The position numbers were made by a program, and so were the translations under genes. A stretch of 63,075 nt of DNA, the filler included, from Octopus bimaculoides (taxonomy: Eukaryota), in NCBI RefSeq assembly GCF_001194135.2. It is 7 parts of 6 records of this genome, joined end to end, with 100 filler letters (N's around TTAATTAATTAA, not from the genome) between each part and the next. Parts side by side here need not be neighbours in the genome. Positions count along the whole stretch, not along the records: positions 24,973 to 38,211 come from NC_068992.1; positions 38,312 to 48,560 come from NC_068988.1; 5 more parts are not named here. One strand, written 5' to 3'. Of this stretch, positions 34,483 to 46,959 are shown in pieces. Position 1 is the stretch's first letter, and each line of letters opens with the position of its first letter. The notes beneath the pieces are model-generated. The model searched no databases. It was not told the origin of the DNA and saw nothing but the letters and a program-made list of their open reading frames with translations.

Positions 34483-37400
34483 TTCTTTGTCTGATCTTTT
34501 ATAATAATATCCGGTTTATTAGCTTTTATAGTCTTGTCGGTATGTACGGGGAAGTCCCAGAAAATCGACACATTTTCTCCCTCAGTCACAGCTTCAGGAT
34601 GGTGTTTATACCATTTGTCAGCGGTGTGGATTTTATAATGCCGACATATTGTCCAGTGTAAATACTGGCCAACTCTGTCATGTCTTTCTTTATATTCTAC
34701 AAGTGCTAAGACTCTACACCCTGAGATTAGGTGGTCTATAGTTTCAATCTCATCGTTACAGAATCGGCATTGTGGGTCAGCTCCACTTTTTATCACATTG
34801 GCTTGGTAGTTCCGGGTTAATAAGCTTTGGTCTGGAGCAGCTAATATGAAACCTTTACTCATTGCTTTTAGCCCTGAGCCTCGTAACCATTGATGCGTGT
34901 GTTTCTGGTCGACATCAGCTTGTTCGCTACGAGCCACATACTTGCCATGCAGAGGTTTCTGTTCCCATCTGCTACCTAATTTTTCATGTGCTTTTGTCTT
35001 TGCAATTAACTTTATTTTCTTGGCAGCAGCAGTTGGCACATTTCCTTCAAACTGATCAATCTGGTAGGTATCTAAGAGACCAGTAGCAATTTTTTTGCTC
35101 TCTTCCATGTTTTTCAACAAGCTTCAGCATCCAATCGTTGGTTGTTTCAAGGAATTTGGCCAGTCCGATTATGGTGGATTTGTATGTAAGTTCAAGCTGG
35201 ATCAATCCTCGACCTCCCTGATCTCTGGGAAGGTAAAGACGATCCATGTCTGCCTTTGGATGGTGCATCTTATTACAAGTCAGTAGCTTGCAGATTTTTC
35301 TATCAAGTTTCATTATTTCACAGGTATTCCAGTTAAGCACATTGAAGCTATAAAGATCAACTGGGACTGCTAAGAAATTTATTGCTCACACTTTATTACA
35401 TGCAATCAGCTCTGACTTCAGAACTGCTCAAACACTTCTATAACATTCCTTCATAACCTTCTCTTTCATGCTTGCATGATGGATACCAGAGTCTTTATTT
35501 ATTCCTAGGTATTTATAGGTTTGTTCTTGCGCAAGTTCCTTTATTACTGTTTCGACATCTAATTCGGTTGAACTTGACTTTACCAGTTTCTCTTTCTTTA
35601 AAATGGCTTTGACACACTTTTCAATGCCAAACTCCATCCCGATATTATCACTGAATCCTTTCACAGTATGTAGTAGTCCTTCAAGCTCTTCATCAACTTT
35701 GCCATATAGTTTTAAATCATCCATATAAAATAGATGGCTTATTTTCCTGTTGTCAATTTTGTAGCCATTCCCTGTTTTATTCAGTTCACTTGAGAGTGGT
35801 TTTAGTGCTATGCAGAGAATTAGTGGTGAAATTGTGTCACCTTGGGAAATGCCACAGTTTATGCTAATATTGTTTGAGTGCAATACTCCAAAAAATCTGA
35901 AATCACAGGAGAAATTTTGAAAATGTTCAGCGATTTCAGAATCCACGAATGTGGCATGCTGTCAAAGGCGTTTTTATAATCAATCCATGAAGAACTGAGA
36001 TTTCTGCGCTTGTTATGGCAGTTCTCAAGGATCATGCGATAAATTATGAGCTGATCTTTGCATCCGTATGAGCCTCGTCTGCATCTTTTTTGTTCAGTGG
36101 GAAAGAGGTTATTCTCATCCATAAACGTATATGTTTTCTCCACTAGAATAGATGTCAAAATCTTATAGGTAGTAGACAAACATGTTATATGCCGGTAGTT
36201 TTTGGATCTTTGGTTTCGTTATTTTTGGGGAGGAGGTAAGTATTACCATTTGCCATCCAATGGGGAGTTTTTTTTATGGGTCTTTCATAATACCATTAAA
36301 TAGTATTACTAACATTTTGTGTGCGGACGAGAGTGATGAGAGCCAGAAATTTGGTACTCTATCTATACCAGGGGATTTCCACTTATGAGCCTTCGTTAGT
36401 GCCCTCCTTAGGTCGGTGATTGAGATGTATTCCCATACCTGTTCTTGTAGAGTTTTGTAGGCATCTTAGATGCGTTTGATCCAATCTGCATTTTCATTGT
36501 ATGGTTTCTCATCACTCCAGTTCCCTTTCCAAAAGTTTTCAACTTCTTCCATTAGGGCTGGATTTTCAATGGCTATTTTTTCTTTCCCTATTTCCCTGTA
36601 AAATGATTTGGCATTGGATTTGAACATCTTATTTTGCTTGTAGAATTTTATTCTTTTCTCAAATCTGCGTATTCTCTGAGCGTTTGCTTGAACTTTTTTG
36701 TCTAAGTGTTTCATTCGCTGACATTACTTCTTCTCTTGTTGAGAGTCCATATTTTCTCACAATCTTCCTGCTTCTTCTTGATCTTATATCATTTCCAGAG
36801 ATTAGTTCAGTTAATATTGATATATCCCTTCGCAATGATTCAGTCTCAGTTTCAATTCTACTCCTCCAGTTTGATTTTCTTTTCGAATTTGGTATTGTTG
36901 GCTTTTTGGGTGTTAAACAGCGACTTTCGATTAACTTAGCAACAGAGTAAATAATTTCATTTAACTTATTAAGATCGGGTTTTAGTTGTATGATTTCTTG
37001 TTTAACGCAATTGCAAATTTTTATTTGGTTTTATGTTGGTGTGCATTTGAGAGTTTATGGAGTGGTTCCCTGTCATTCATATTTGTATACCCAACAAGTG
37101 CAAGCTCATTCAGAACTTCTTGCTTCATTTCAATGATAGATTTTCTATGTTGTTCAGCAAATATGTGGTCTTCAAATTCTGTTTCGACATCAATTTCCTG
37201 GCTGTTTTTTCTAGGGTCATTATATTTTTCTTTTTCTTCAGGCTCTTGAGTGGTTTCGGCAGATGGTCGACTTTCAGTCAATACTCTTGGTCCAACACTC
37301 CTCTCCTCTGCTTCGTTATTTCTTTCCTGATTTATATTTAAGTCATTCTCTACCACTTTTTTTAATAGAGGTAAATTCTGCACCTGTGAGTCTAGTATTT

Positions 37401-37806
37401 CTGAAGATATCTCTTCTAATATTTGCTAATCTATTTTCATCTAGGTTTCGTCTGCTAGTTGGATTCCGGCTCCTCCAAATTCTGTAGGAGTTTGCGTTGT
37501 GTTTCTCTTGGGTTGGCCTACTTAATACAAAGTAATAAGCGTATATTATTACTTCTTTATATTCTTCCCGGTTCCATGTAGTTCTTTTACATTTTTGATT
37601 TTGTGGTCGTTGTGGTGATGAATTTTAGAGGCTTTATTTGGGACAAATCCCGTTTAAGTGACTTTCCAGATTCGTATTCGGGGAAGATATTCTGCCATTT
37701 GAAAACTTTTCTACGTCAGGCTGACAGCCTCCTGACAGGAGCGCTTCCAGAATAACCATTTAACAAACGATTCGGTGTACTGCTTGAAATCTTTAAAAAA
37801 ATTCAT
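34483..37806 (-). mobile_element. Near-full-length Dong/R4 non-LTR retrotransposon, frameshifted and 3'-truncated
   Basis: N-terminal RTTWNREEY...LANIRRDI; RT motifs YKILTSIL, EQKRCRRGSYGCKDQL, WIDYKNAFDS, GISQGDTISPL and LFYMDDLKLY; knuckle CRFCNDEIETIDHLISGC; RLE ANKPDIII. Flanked by (TAA)n. Confidence 0.92.
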
Positions 37807-37807
37807 T

Positions 37808-38211
37808 ATTATTATTATTATTTTATGTTTGACTTTTGTTTGCATTTGTACAAGTTGGATCCAAGTCTCACCCAGAGACCTCAAGAGACAACAAGTTAGA
37901 GGTTCATGTAGGTGTTATGCCTAGGGTACCATATATTTGGATTTGTACAGTTTTGTTCAAGTGAATGTTTAAGAAACCATAAGAAAAGTATGTGTTTGCT
38001 TTAAAATTTAAGATCACGTAGACAGTATTTTACGTAGGATATGGGCAGTTCCCATGAGCACTATCTTTTGAACTTCAGCCATTTTGGGGTTTCCTGGTAT
38101 CTGAGCTAAGTAGTAATCAGCCCGTTTCGCTGTCATCCCCAGGGCACCTATGACAATAGGTATTGTTTTCGTCTTCAGATTCCACATTTTGCTAATTTCT
38201 ATTTCAAGATC
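37808..38211 (-). mobile_element. 3' end and 3' UTR of another Dong/R4 copy, head-to-tail upstream of the long copy
   Basis: DLEIEISKMWNLKTKTIPIVIGALGMTAK...VLMGTAHILRKIL*, followed by a (TAA)n tail. Confidence 0.85.
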
Positions 38212-38311
38212 NNNNNNNNNNNNNNNNNNNNNNNNNNNNNNNNNNNNNNNNNNNNTTAATTAATTAANNNNNNNNNNNNNNNNNNNNNNNNNNNNNNNNN
38301 NNNNNNNNNNN

Positions 38312-39365
38312 TACTTGTGGTTAGATAACTGAGGTGTGGTCTTGTTTGCTCAAGTTTTCTTTCATGTGTTTCAGAGGAAACATGGCTGCACCAAGGAACA
38401 AAAGAGATCAGTGATTCAATTTTTCTGTTCTGAAGGTTTGTCAGGGGCTGAAATTCAGCGCTGGCATTCAGTATAATAGGACAGAGCTCAAACGTACAGA
38501 ATGTTGCATGAGTGTATGAAGAAGTTATAAATAACTGGACAAACACAAACCACGAAGATGGCCCAACTACCTCCACTACTCACACGAAGGTTCAACAAGC
38601 TCGACAGATTGCTCTAGCGATGAAGGAGTGGCCAGTGTTGAAGTGGCTTGTTTTCTTTAGATTTTTTTATGTTTCTACACAAGGAATCATCCACACAAAC
38701 TTTGCTTTCGCGGAGTCTGTGGGAAATAGGTGCCTAGAGAGCTTAGCGAAGCTCATAAGCGCAATCGTGTAGAGATCTGTCAACGTTTATTCCACTACTA
38801 CGGCGATAAATGTGATGCTTTAAGAGAGAGAGAGAGTGAGAGAGAGAGGCAGACAGACAGAGAGGATAGTCACAGGTGATGCGACCTACGTCTATCACTT
38901 TGACCCAGAATCCAAAAGGCAAAGTATGGATTGGAAACACGGGGATTCGCGAACGAAAAAGGCTTTCAGGACTCAAGCTTCCCTACAAAAGGGATGCTAA
39001 TCGTCTTGAAGGGAGTCAAAGTGCCTATACTGAAACATTAACTGGAAAAACGGTCTACAGTCACCAGTGCAGGCTGCTGTGATATGCAGAATAACAAACT
39101 GAAATCAATAATCCGCACCAAGGATTGATTGTCAAAGTAAGTGTTATTGCTGAGAATGATTGTCAAACTAAGTGTTATTGCTGCACGACAATACACAGCT
39201 ACATACGGGCACCTACTCCGTTGAAACTACTGAAAAATTGGGGTTCAAATTGATAGAACATCAACGCTGCTTCCGGTTGTTACCTCTTAGGATCATTCAA
39301 ACATCCTTTAGTTGGTCGTCAATTTGCTACAGACAAACACTTGCAAAAAGTGGTGCATAACTGGC
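38312..39365 (+). mobile_element. Decayed mariner (DD34D) transposase
   Basis: SVIQFFCSEGLSGAEIQR, ELSEAHKRNRVEICQRL, IVTGDATYVYHFDPESKRQS, VLLLHDN and VHNWL. Interrupted by (AG)n at ~38822-38865 and a ~26-bp duplication at 39124-39183. Confidence 0.85.
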
Positions 39366-39366
39366 T

Positions 39367-39999
39367 GTGAAAATTGACAAATGGTCTATTCACCCATCCA
39401 TTATTCTTAGAAATAAGGTCGGCAATATCGGAAAGCGCATTTCATCATTATCATCGGATGAGACAGACCTTGACCTTTGCGATACCTCGCTGTATTATAA
39501 TGATGCTCTGAGAAAAAGTCGGTTCTCGAAGGAGATCCACTATATCTATAACGGAAGTTTGAATAATGTAAGACCTGTAGAACTAGAAAGTTTTGTCGCA
39601 AAATCCAACATTTGGCATTGCCATTAGAACCGATATAGGTAGAGAAGTTTTAAATCTAGTTTCTAGACAGCTTCCTGTCATAAATATCATAGAATTTACA
39701 ATAGTAGAACGCTAATGGTTAGCTATTCTGGTTCCAAAACGTTGCCTCTTTTATGAGCCTATTTAATGCAAATATTTCTTACAAATCGATAGGTGTTACG
39801 GAACGTCCTGATCCAAAATGTAATTGTAATTGTAAAAATACGGGTAGCTGTCCTTTCAACGGAAATTGTTTAATGAAAGGGATCGAAAATCGAGCTGAGG
39901 TTCAGCAGGAGGATACCAATACGTAGAAATTATACACAGGTTCCACAGAAAATAGATTCAAAACGAGATTATATAGGTAAAAGAACTTTTTAAAGTACC
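39367..39999 (+). mobile_element. Penelope-like element fragment (RT thumb, linker and GIY-YIG start)
   Basis: HPSIILRN..GKRISSLSSDE, YNDALRKS, CNCNCKNTGSCPFNGNCLMKG and KLYTGSTENRFKTRLY. Confidence 0.8.
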
Positions 40000-40708
40000 C
40001 GTTTGAATGCTAAAATTTATTACGTTATTAAAATACATCGGGATGAAGGAAAACATTACATTTCGTTAATTTCATTACTTTATCGTTTAGAGAACCATCA
40101 TTTTTATGAATGTTTCATTTTCATTTTAGAAACTATCCTCATTTCCTTTTCATTTTATTATTCTCGTTGCTGACAACTTTAAAAATTTTTTTATGATTAC
40201 AACCACCAATAAAACAGTAATAGGAAAAGTAAATATAGTATACAACTGAGTTGTTATTTGAATTGCACATTGAAAGGATTTGTACTCTGCATACTGCTGA
40301 AATGTTTTCTATTCCAATTGTGTTTCGATTTGTACTGCAAACATATTCAGTTACAGGAAATTCATAAGTAAAATAATAAACACAAACATTATATATTGAA
40401 AACGTCATATAGAAATGCACTAAATATCAATAAATAGCAGAGGGTTGGAGACAAAAAAAGATTATTGAATCATTATGTGGCACAAATTAATGAATCAGGT
40501 GAATTAAGGAGCTAACATTGAAAGTAGGCAAATACTGCTTATCAGCAACAAATTTAATATTGGTAGTTTTGTGAGTTTAACTTGAATTAATATCTAGTGA
40601 AAATATATTGTAACTTTTAATGACAATTGTGTATGAAGCCAAATATAACATCGTATGACCACGGACATTTTCACGTCAAAAAGTGGCTTGTGTTAAAGAA
40701 CACAACAT
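40000..40708. repeat. 709-bp direct repeat, copy 1
   Basis: Nearly identical to 44726-45434. I count about 4 substitutions by eye. Confidence 0.95.
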
Positions 40709-42130
40709 GCCCGTTATGTCCGAATGGAGAAGATTTTTATCCTTTTCCAGGATAAAGATGCAGCTCCTAGGTTTTTGCAAAGTTTTATGAGGTACATTAT
40801 GTGCTGCCAATCGATTCCATACGGGTAATCTATCTGGACTGTAACATATATCGCACACGGCGTTACGTTTCTTTTAGAAAAGTTGTTGACTTTTACAAAC
40901 TATCGGGCTCTTTGATAGTTTTAAACGATTCTTTTGCTGCCACTCAGTAGAACTTACCGTCTGTAGTCTTCACCATCTATCTTATATACATATATTTTAA
41001 GCTCATTCCTAGAATGAATTTTTTATAGCATTATTACAATATTGTGTATTTCCTACAGGTCGTGCATTTTTCATTCATTTATTTCCCATTTTATATTCTT
41101 TAATTCTTTGCATTTCATATTCAGTTTGTTTTGCACGCCATAGCTGCGAATTTCGGTTTTTATAAAAATACATATTTTTATAAAATTAGTATATTAAACC
41201 TTAAACATATACTAAGACATTTCAAAGGCCATGAAACTTAATGAGCAATTTCATTTATAATATTTATATTTTAATAAGTTTAATTATTATGACTCTTAAT
41301 TCATCCTAAATTACTTTCGTTTATCTCTGTATACAACTTGTCTTTCTTTTTTGTCATTTTCTTAATTGTATATATTTAAATTATTCTCTAGTTCCACTAA
41401 TGGATATACATATTTTTCTCTTACATTTATGGTGTGTGTTCACACATTATTCTCCTAAGTTTTTTTCTGTTGTTAATAATCTTACTCTTTCTATGTTTTG
41501 TTTCTTTGTTCGTATCAACTTTCGGACACACCACCAACGACACTCGGTAATCTTCGATAAATTACATTCATTACAACAGAGCTTATGTGTCATAACGTTA
41601 AACTAGCCTCTTTCTCTACACATACCCGTATATATCCTATACAATCTTTTTCTTGTCCCCACTTTCCCAGTTTCTTTTCTTCTTTCTCTCCCATCTTGCT
41701 TTATTTCTTCTTCGTTCTTCTATTTTTCTGCCTTTCGCTTTTTACTTCGCTTGTTTCTCTATCATTGCTGTCATTTCATTTTTATTTGAGGTGTTATATA
41801 CTCTTTGTATAATTGTTTTCTTATTTATTTCCTCGTGTACGGGTTCTATTTTTATCTTTTATTATAACGTCAAGTTTTAAATACCTAATTTAACAATCCT
41901 ATAATTCTTTATAATTATTTGTAATTCCTGTTTCTGGACATATTTTGTTCATTTTTACGCACTCTTCCACATTTGTTTCTTTTTTTCGAATTAATTATTA
42001 ATTATTGTGCATTCCACCGTTAAAGTTAACCACCTATCGCAGCCAACCCACACCGTTATTCTTTCCAAACGTCTCACCCAATCTAATGCAATTGCTTATT
42101 CGTTGAACGGCAATGCCTACATTGTATTAT
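40700..42130 (-). mobile_element. Heavily decayed Penelope-like RT-thumb / GIY-YIG region
   Basis: Weak remnants: EINKKTIIQRVYNTS, KKKIV, RVSLVVCPK, VKTTDGKFY*VAAKESFK, WNRLAAH and EKDKNLL. The frame ends inside the 709-bp repeat. Confidence 0.5.
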
Positions 42131-44725
42131 ATTATATTATATTATATGTATCCACATAATATTTTATTTCGTCTTATCGCAAATGTCGGACGACCGGTTA
42201 GGTAAATCTCCGAGTAACAATTTGTGAAGATTTTTTCGGTTTTTATTTGTGTGTGTATGCATGCTTGCGTGCGTGTTTGTGTGTATGTGCGTTTGAGTGT
42301 ATATGTATGTGTGTGTATGTGTAGATATGCGATACCATACACAAAAGTTTTTGACACTATGACACAGGTGTTTATATTGAATACTAGAAAATGAAACTAG
42401 TGTTCTGATTCAATGATTTTAGATAGCTTTATTTGTTTAAAATAAATGCATATGTTAAACCTTGTTCTCGTAATAGCGTACCTGAAGTTGGCAATTTCCA
42501 GTTAAGTTTTATGTTGCTAATTATATAGGAAAACAAGCAACAAATTGCCTCATTTTCTGTTACTTAAAATATAGTGCAAACAGCTAAATATATCAAGGTG
42601 ATTCTTTATAACTTATGGTAAACTGTAAATATAGAATATATAACATGTTATTATGAATAGTCTTTGATTGGTAGATACCATCAGAAAAAAATATTTTAAA
42701 ATCAAAATTTAGTAAGCTCAAAATTATAAGACAGCAATGAATTTGTATGAAGAATGTTGTATTTATATCAACAAGTAACATGAATTAACTTAGGATTCAA
42801 TACAAATAAAATTCGTTAGATCATGCATATTTCATATTAAATAGTATGGTATGAAAAATTTGTATAAATGAAGCTTCAATGCATTTTTTCCTATTTAAGT
42901 TATTCAGATATCTTTCAAAATATTCTATTCAAAGAATTTATCAACGAATGTATATTTTTATGCCTTTTACATTATATTATCACTTATAGAATTTCCCCAC
43001 ATAGAGAGTATTGTATTAATTATTCATGATAAAATCCAGTTCACATAAACGGACTCACTACGACTGGATACAAAAGGTCATAAAATAAATGAATAATCTA
43101 TTACAAATGAAATCATACGTTTACGCAGAGAGGTTTCAGACCGGAAGTAATTTATTTGATTTTCAGACATAGATAACCATTACAATTAAACGATATTTCA
43201 ATGTTGATTATAAGATAGTCTAAGAAAACAACAGTGCATATAACCGCGATAAGTCTAATACAAAAATAACTCTACACTTGTAGAGTACTAATTCTGCATA
43301 AATACATATTATAAATCTGCATTGATACAATAACGCTACGTTAATACAAAAATAACTTTACAGCGATAAGTCTACTCAACGGCAGCACTGGTGCAGAAAT
43401 AAAAAGGTAATCAATGTCGATACATTTAAAATATTTAGTATGTTAAATAGAACTGAGTAACTTTTATGGAGAAATGTCTGGGTTATGTTGCGTGCTTAAT
43501 ACAATAATCAGCTACTATATCATGTATATTATATTAGCCAGTATTTTTATATAAATTCTTATATTTAAAATCATACCTTTCGTCTAAAGCCAAATGTCTG
43601 TAGTCACTTTTATGTTCATGAATAACTTCTTTCACACATTATAAATATTATTTAGAATTCAACATTATTGGAGGATCTGCACATGTCATCTCTACCGCTC
43701 CTCCTGTGATATATACAACTACATTTTGGCAATCCTTGTTTAGATTTAATAGCAGCCTTTTCACGTGAGGATGATTCATAAACACCATGGTATAGGTGCT
43801 TGAATTTAAAGTTATTTGGCACTTAGATATTTATAACATCATGTGATAATGAATTTTAGGATGACATGAAAATAAAAATAATCGCATTTATCCAAGTTAA
43901 AATATATATTTCTGATTACCAAATATTTACTCTGACACTTTGCATTTGATGTTGGTTCAATGATGTAATATAGCGTTAAGTATATGCAACTATTTTTACA
44001 ACTGATAGCTTTTAGTAGTAATTTATACTTTACGTGTGTTACTGTTTCCTACGTTTCGGATGTGCCGCTGTTACACACTTAGGTATCCGGCTCCTCTTAG
44101 ACAGCACTTCTGTCTCTACTCCTCTGGTTACACATATTTCGTCCATATTCAGTTCAACCGGCATCGCACTAACCAATAGAACGGGTTCATTCTCTATGGG
44201 ACTTCGATATTCTGGAATTTCATCCTTCTATATGTTTTTCATATCGCAGCCAACTGAGGAACTGGATCGATTTCACGGGTATCGGTGAAATCTGAGTCTA
44301 TACCCACGGTGAATCTGTACCCACAGGATTTCACAAGTTGTGCAATCTGTGGGTATAGCCTCTTACTCTAGACCAAATCAAATGGTTCAAGTTACGTAAT
44401 AACAAGACGTAAATTTCTGTTATTATAGTCTAAATAAAATATCTTGACATATACAGATTTACAAAGTATTCATTAAATTTGATATATTCTACTAAATATC
44501 TAGTATTATATGGCAATAGAAAATGACGAAATACATAAATACATAAAACTGAAACTAGAAATATTTGGATAATAACATAATAGGCAAAACAATTATTTCC
44601 ATTTATTATACAAAAATATTCTGACACATCTAATTAAACAAATTAGTAAACGCATGTTTTTCGATTATTAACGATACTTTATCCACTCTGGCAAGGATAT
44701 CAATGCTCTATCTCCTAAATCAAAG

Positions 44726-45434
44726 CGTTTGAATGCTAAAATTTATTACGTTATTAAAATACATCGGGATGAAGGAAAACATTACATTTCGTTAATTTCA
44801 TTACTTTATCGGTTAGAGAACCATCATTTTTATGAATGTTTCATTTTCATTTTAGAAACTATCCTCATTTCCTTTTCATTTTATTATTCTCGTTGCTGAC
44901 AACTTTAAAAATTTTTTTATGATTACAACCACCAATAAAACAGTAATAGGAAAAGTAAATATAGTATACAACTGAGTTGTTATTTGAATTGCACATTGAA
45001 AGGATTTGTACTCTGCATACTGCTGAAATGTTTTCTATTCCAATTGTGTTTCGATTTGTACTGCAAACATATTCAGTTACAGGAAATTCATAAGTAAAAT
45101 AATAAACACAAACATTATATATTGAAAACGTCATATAGAAATGCACTAAATATCAATAAATAGCAGAGGGTTGGAGACAAAAAAAGATTATTGAATCATT
45201 ATGTGGCACAAATTAATGAATCAGATGAATTAGGGAGCTAACATTGAAAGTAGGCAAATACTGCTTATCAGCAACAAATTTAATATTGGTAGTTTTGTGA
45301 GTTTAACTTGAATTAATATCTAGTGAAAATATATTGTAACTTTTAATGACAATTGTGTATGAAGCCAAATATAACATCGTATGACCACGGACTTTTTCAC
45401 GTCAAAAAGTGGCTTGTGTTAAAGAACACAACAT
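44726..45434. repeat. 709-bp direct repeat, copy 2 (putative upstream pseudo-LTR)
   Basis: Offset 4726 bp from copy 1. The same 93-aa spurious ORF appears in both copies. Confidence 0.95.
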
Positions 45435-46959
45435 ATTTTCTATAACATATGAAGTGGTAGGGACGGTGAACCCAAAATTTGCAGGTTCTCTGAAACTGTC
45501 TGGTAGATCGAATTTTTATTTAGCATGAAAATAAGGAAGCCAGCAACTAAAAAAGACAGTGAGTGGGGGGGGGGGGGTCTTCATGAGTTTGACGTTCTAA
45601 GTGAAATTAATAGGTTAAGTGGATAGTGCGCTACAAAGGGAAACCTGAATGCTGGAAGGACAAACATGCATCAACACAACTATATTTTTTGTGTACTTTC
45701 CCATATGACATGAACCGTAATTTATAGATATAACGTTTTCAGGAATGTCATTAACCTCTTTGTTTCATGCTAGCAATACTTTTACAATACGTTCGAAATT
45801 AATATTTAATGCTTTATTGGATTCAGAAGATTCTTTATTTCTGTATTTATGTTGCACTAAGCCACCGGTTCCTAAACTCACAGTAATTACCATAATAAAT
45901 TTAATATTATTAACAGAGCGAGGGAAACTCCTGTCTCATCCCTGCCATATGACATGATGTAAATCATCATTATTCAAGAAAGAAAATGAGATAAACTAAA
46001 ACTAGGTGAATTCTTCGCTCTACATCATATTTGGGTTTTGTTTATAAGAGCAGCAGGAATGGAAGGAACTAAAGGGAAATCGGGGGACCAGAAGTAGAGA
46101 TGTGTGCCTAATACTCATCTATTTAAATTTTTTTCTCAAAACGCTTGATTTGGTGTAACAAGAGAAGACAGCTTAGTTAGTTTAGCGTAACTTAACTTAG
46201 TTCACATTGATTTATAATTGTTGCTGTGCTGAATCAGCCCCGTATATCTCCTATGCAAGTGAAGTTCACTCTTTGTTAGGTTATCATATCTCGCGGGGTT
46301 ACGCTACTGTTCTAATAATCATATTTATATATTCAAAACTGAGCGCCTTTACGTAATTTATAAATTGTTACTTTTTACCGAATTTGTAAATTGATACTTG
46401 TGGAGTATGTATCGATACAATAATTTTCAGGAGATATCTGTTATAAAATATGATTCCTTGTCTTTAAAAAAATATTGTTTAACTGAAATAATTTCTACTG
46501 TTTTAGAGATATTAATTCTTAATTCATTATCCGATCAAAGAAGAAAGGAAAATTGATAATCATAAGAAACTGCGTGCAACTACTTGCATTCAAAATGCTC
46601 ACTTTAAACGCTTGTTCTGTTTGGTGTTGCACACCTTCAAAACATAATGCGTTCTCTTTACTTTGGTATTTGATGATGCATTTTCAAAATAAGTGACGAG
46701 TATTTCTTTTTATTTTATTTTAAATGACAATCCATTACATACGTTATAAAGTACTGTATTTCAAAATTAAAAAAAATCTTATCTTCAATGGGAACAATTA
46801 ATACGTATGCATTGTANNNNNNNNNNCCGCGGTACACGTGTTTCAAGCTTTATACACAAACAGTCGTTGCATCATTATATGGGTATAAAATTGATAGACA
46901 GGATGGTATAAAGCTATCTTCAGCCGCAAATATATTCTTTCCCAAGCATTATATCACAA

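Noticed and set aside
40139-40420. 93-aa ORF duplicated at 44865-45146
   Set aside because: An AT-rich chance ORF, identical only because the repeat is recent.
40000-45434. LTR retrotransposon interpretation of the 709-bp repeats
   Set aside because: No TSD, PBS, gag, protease or integrase. The internal remnants are Penelope-like.
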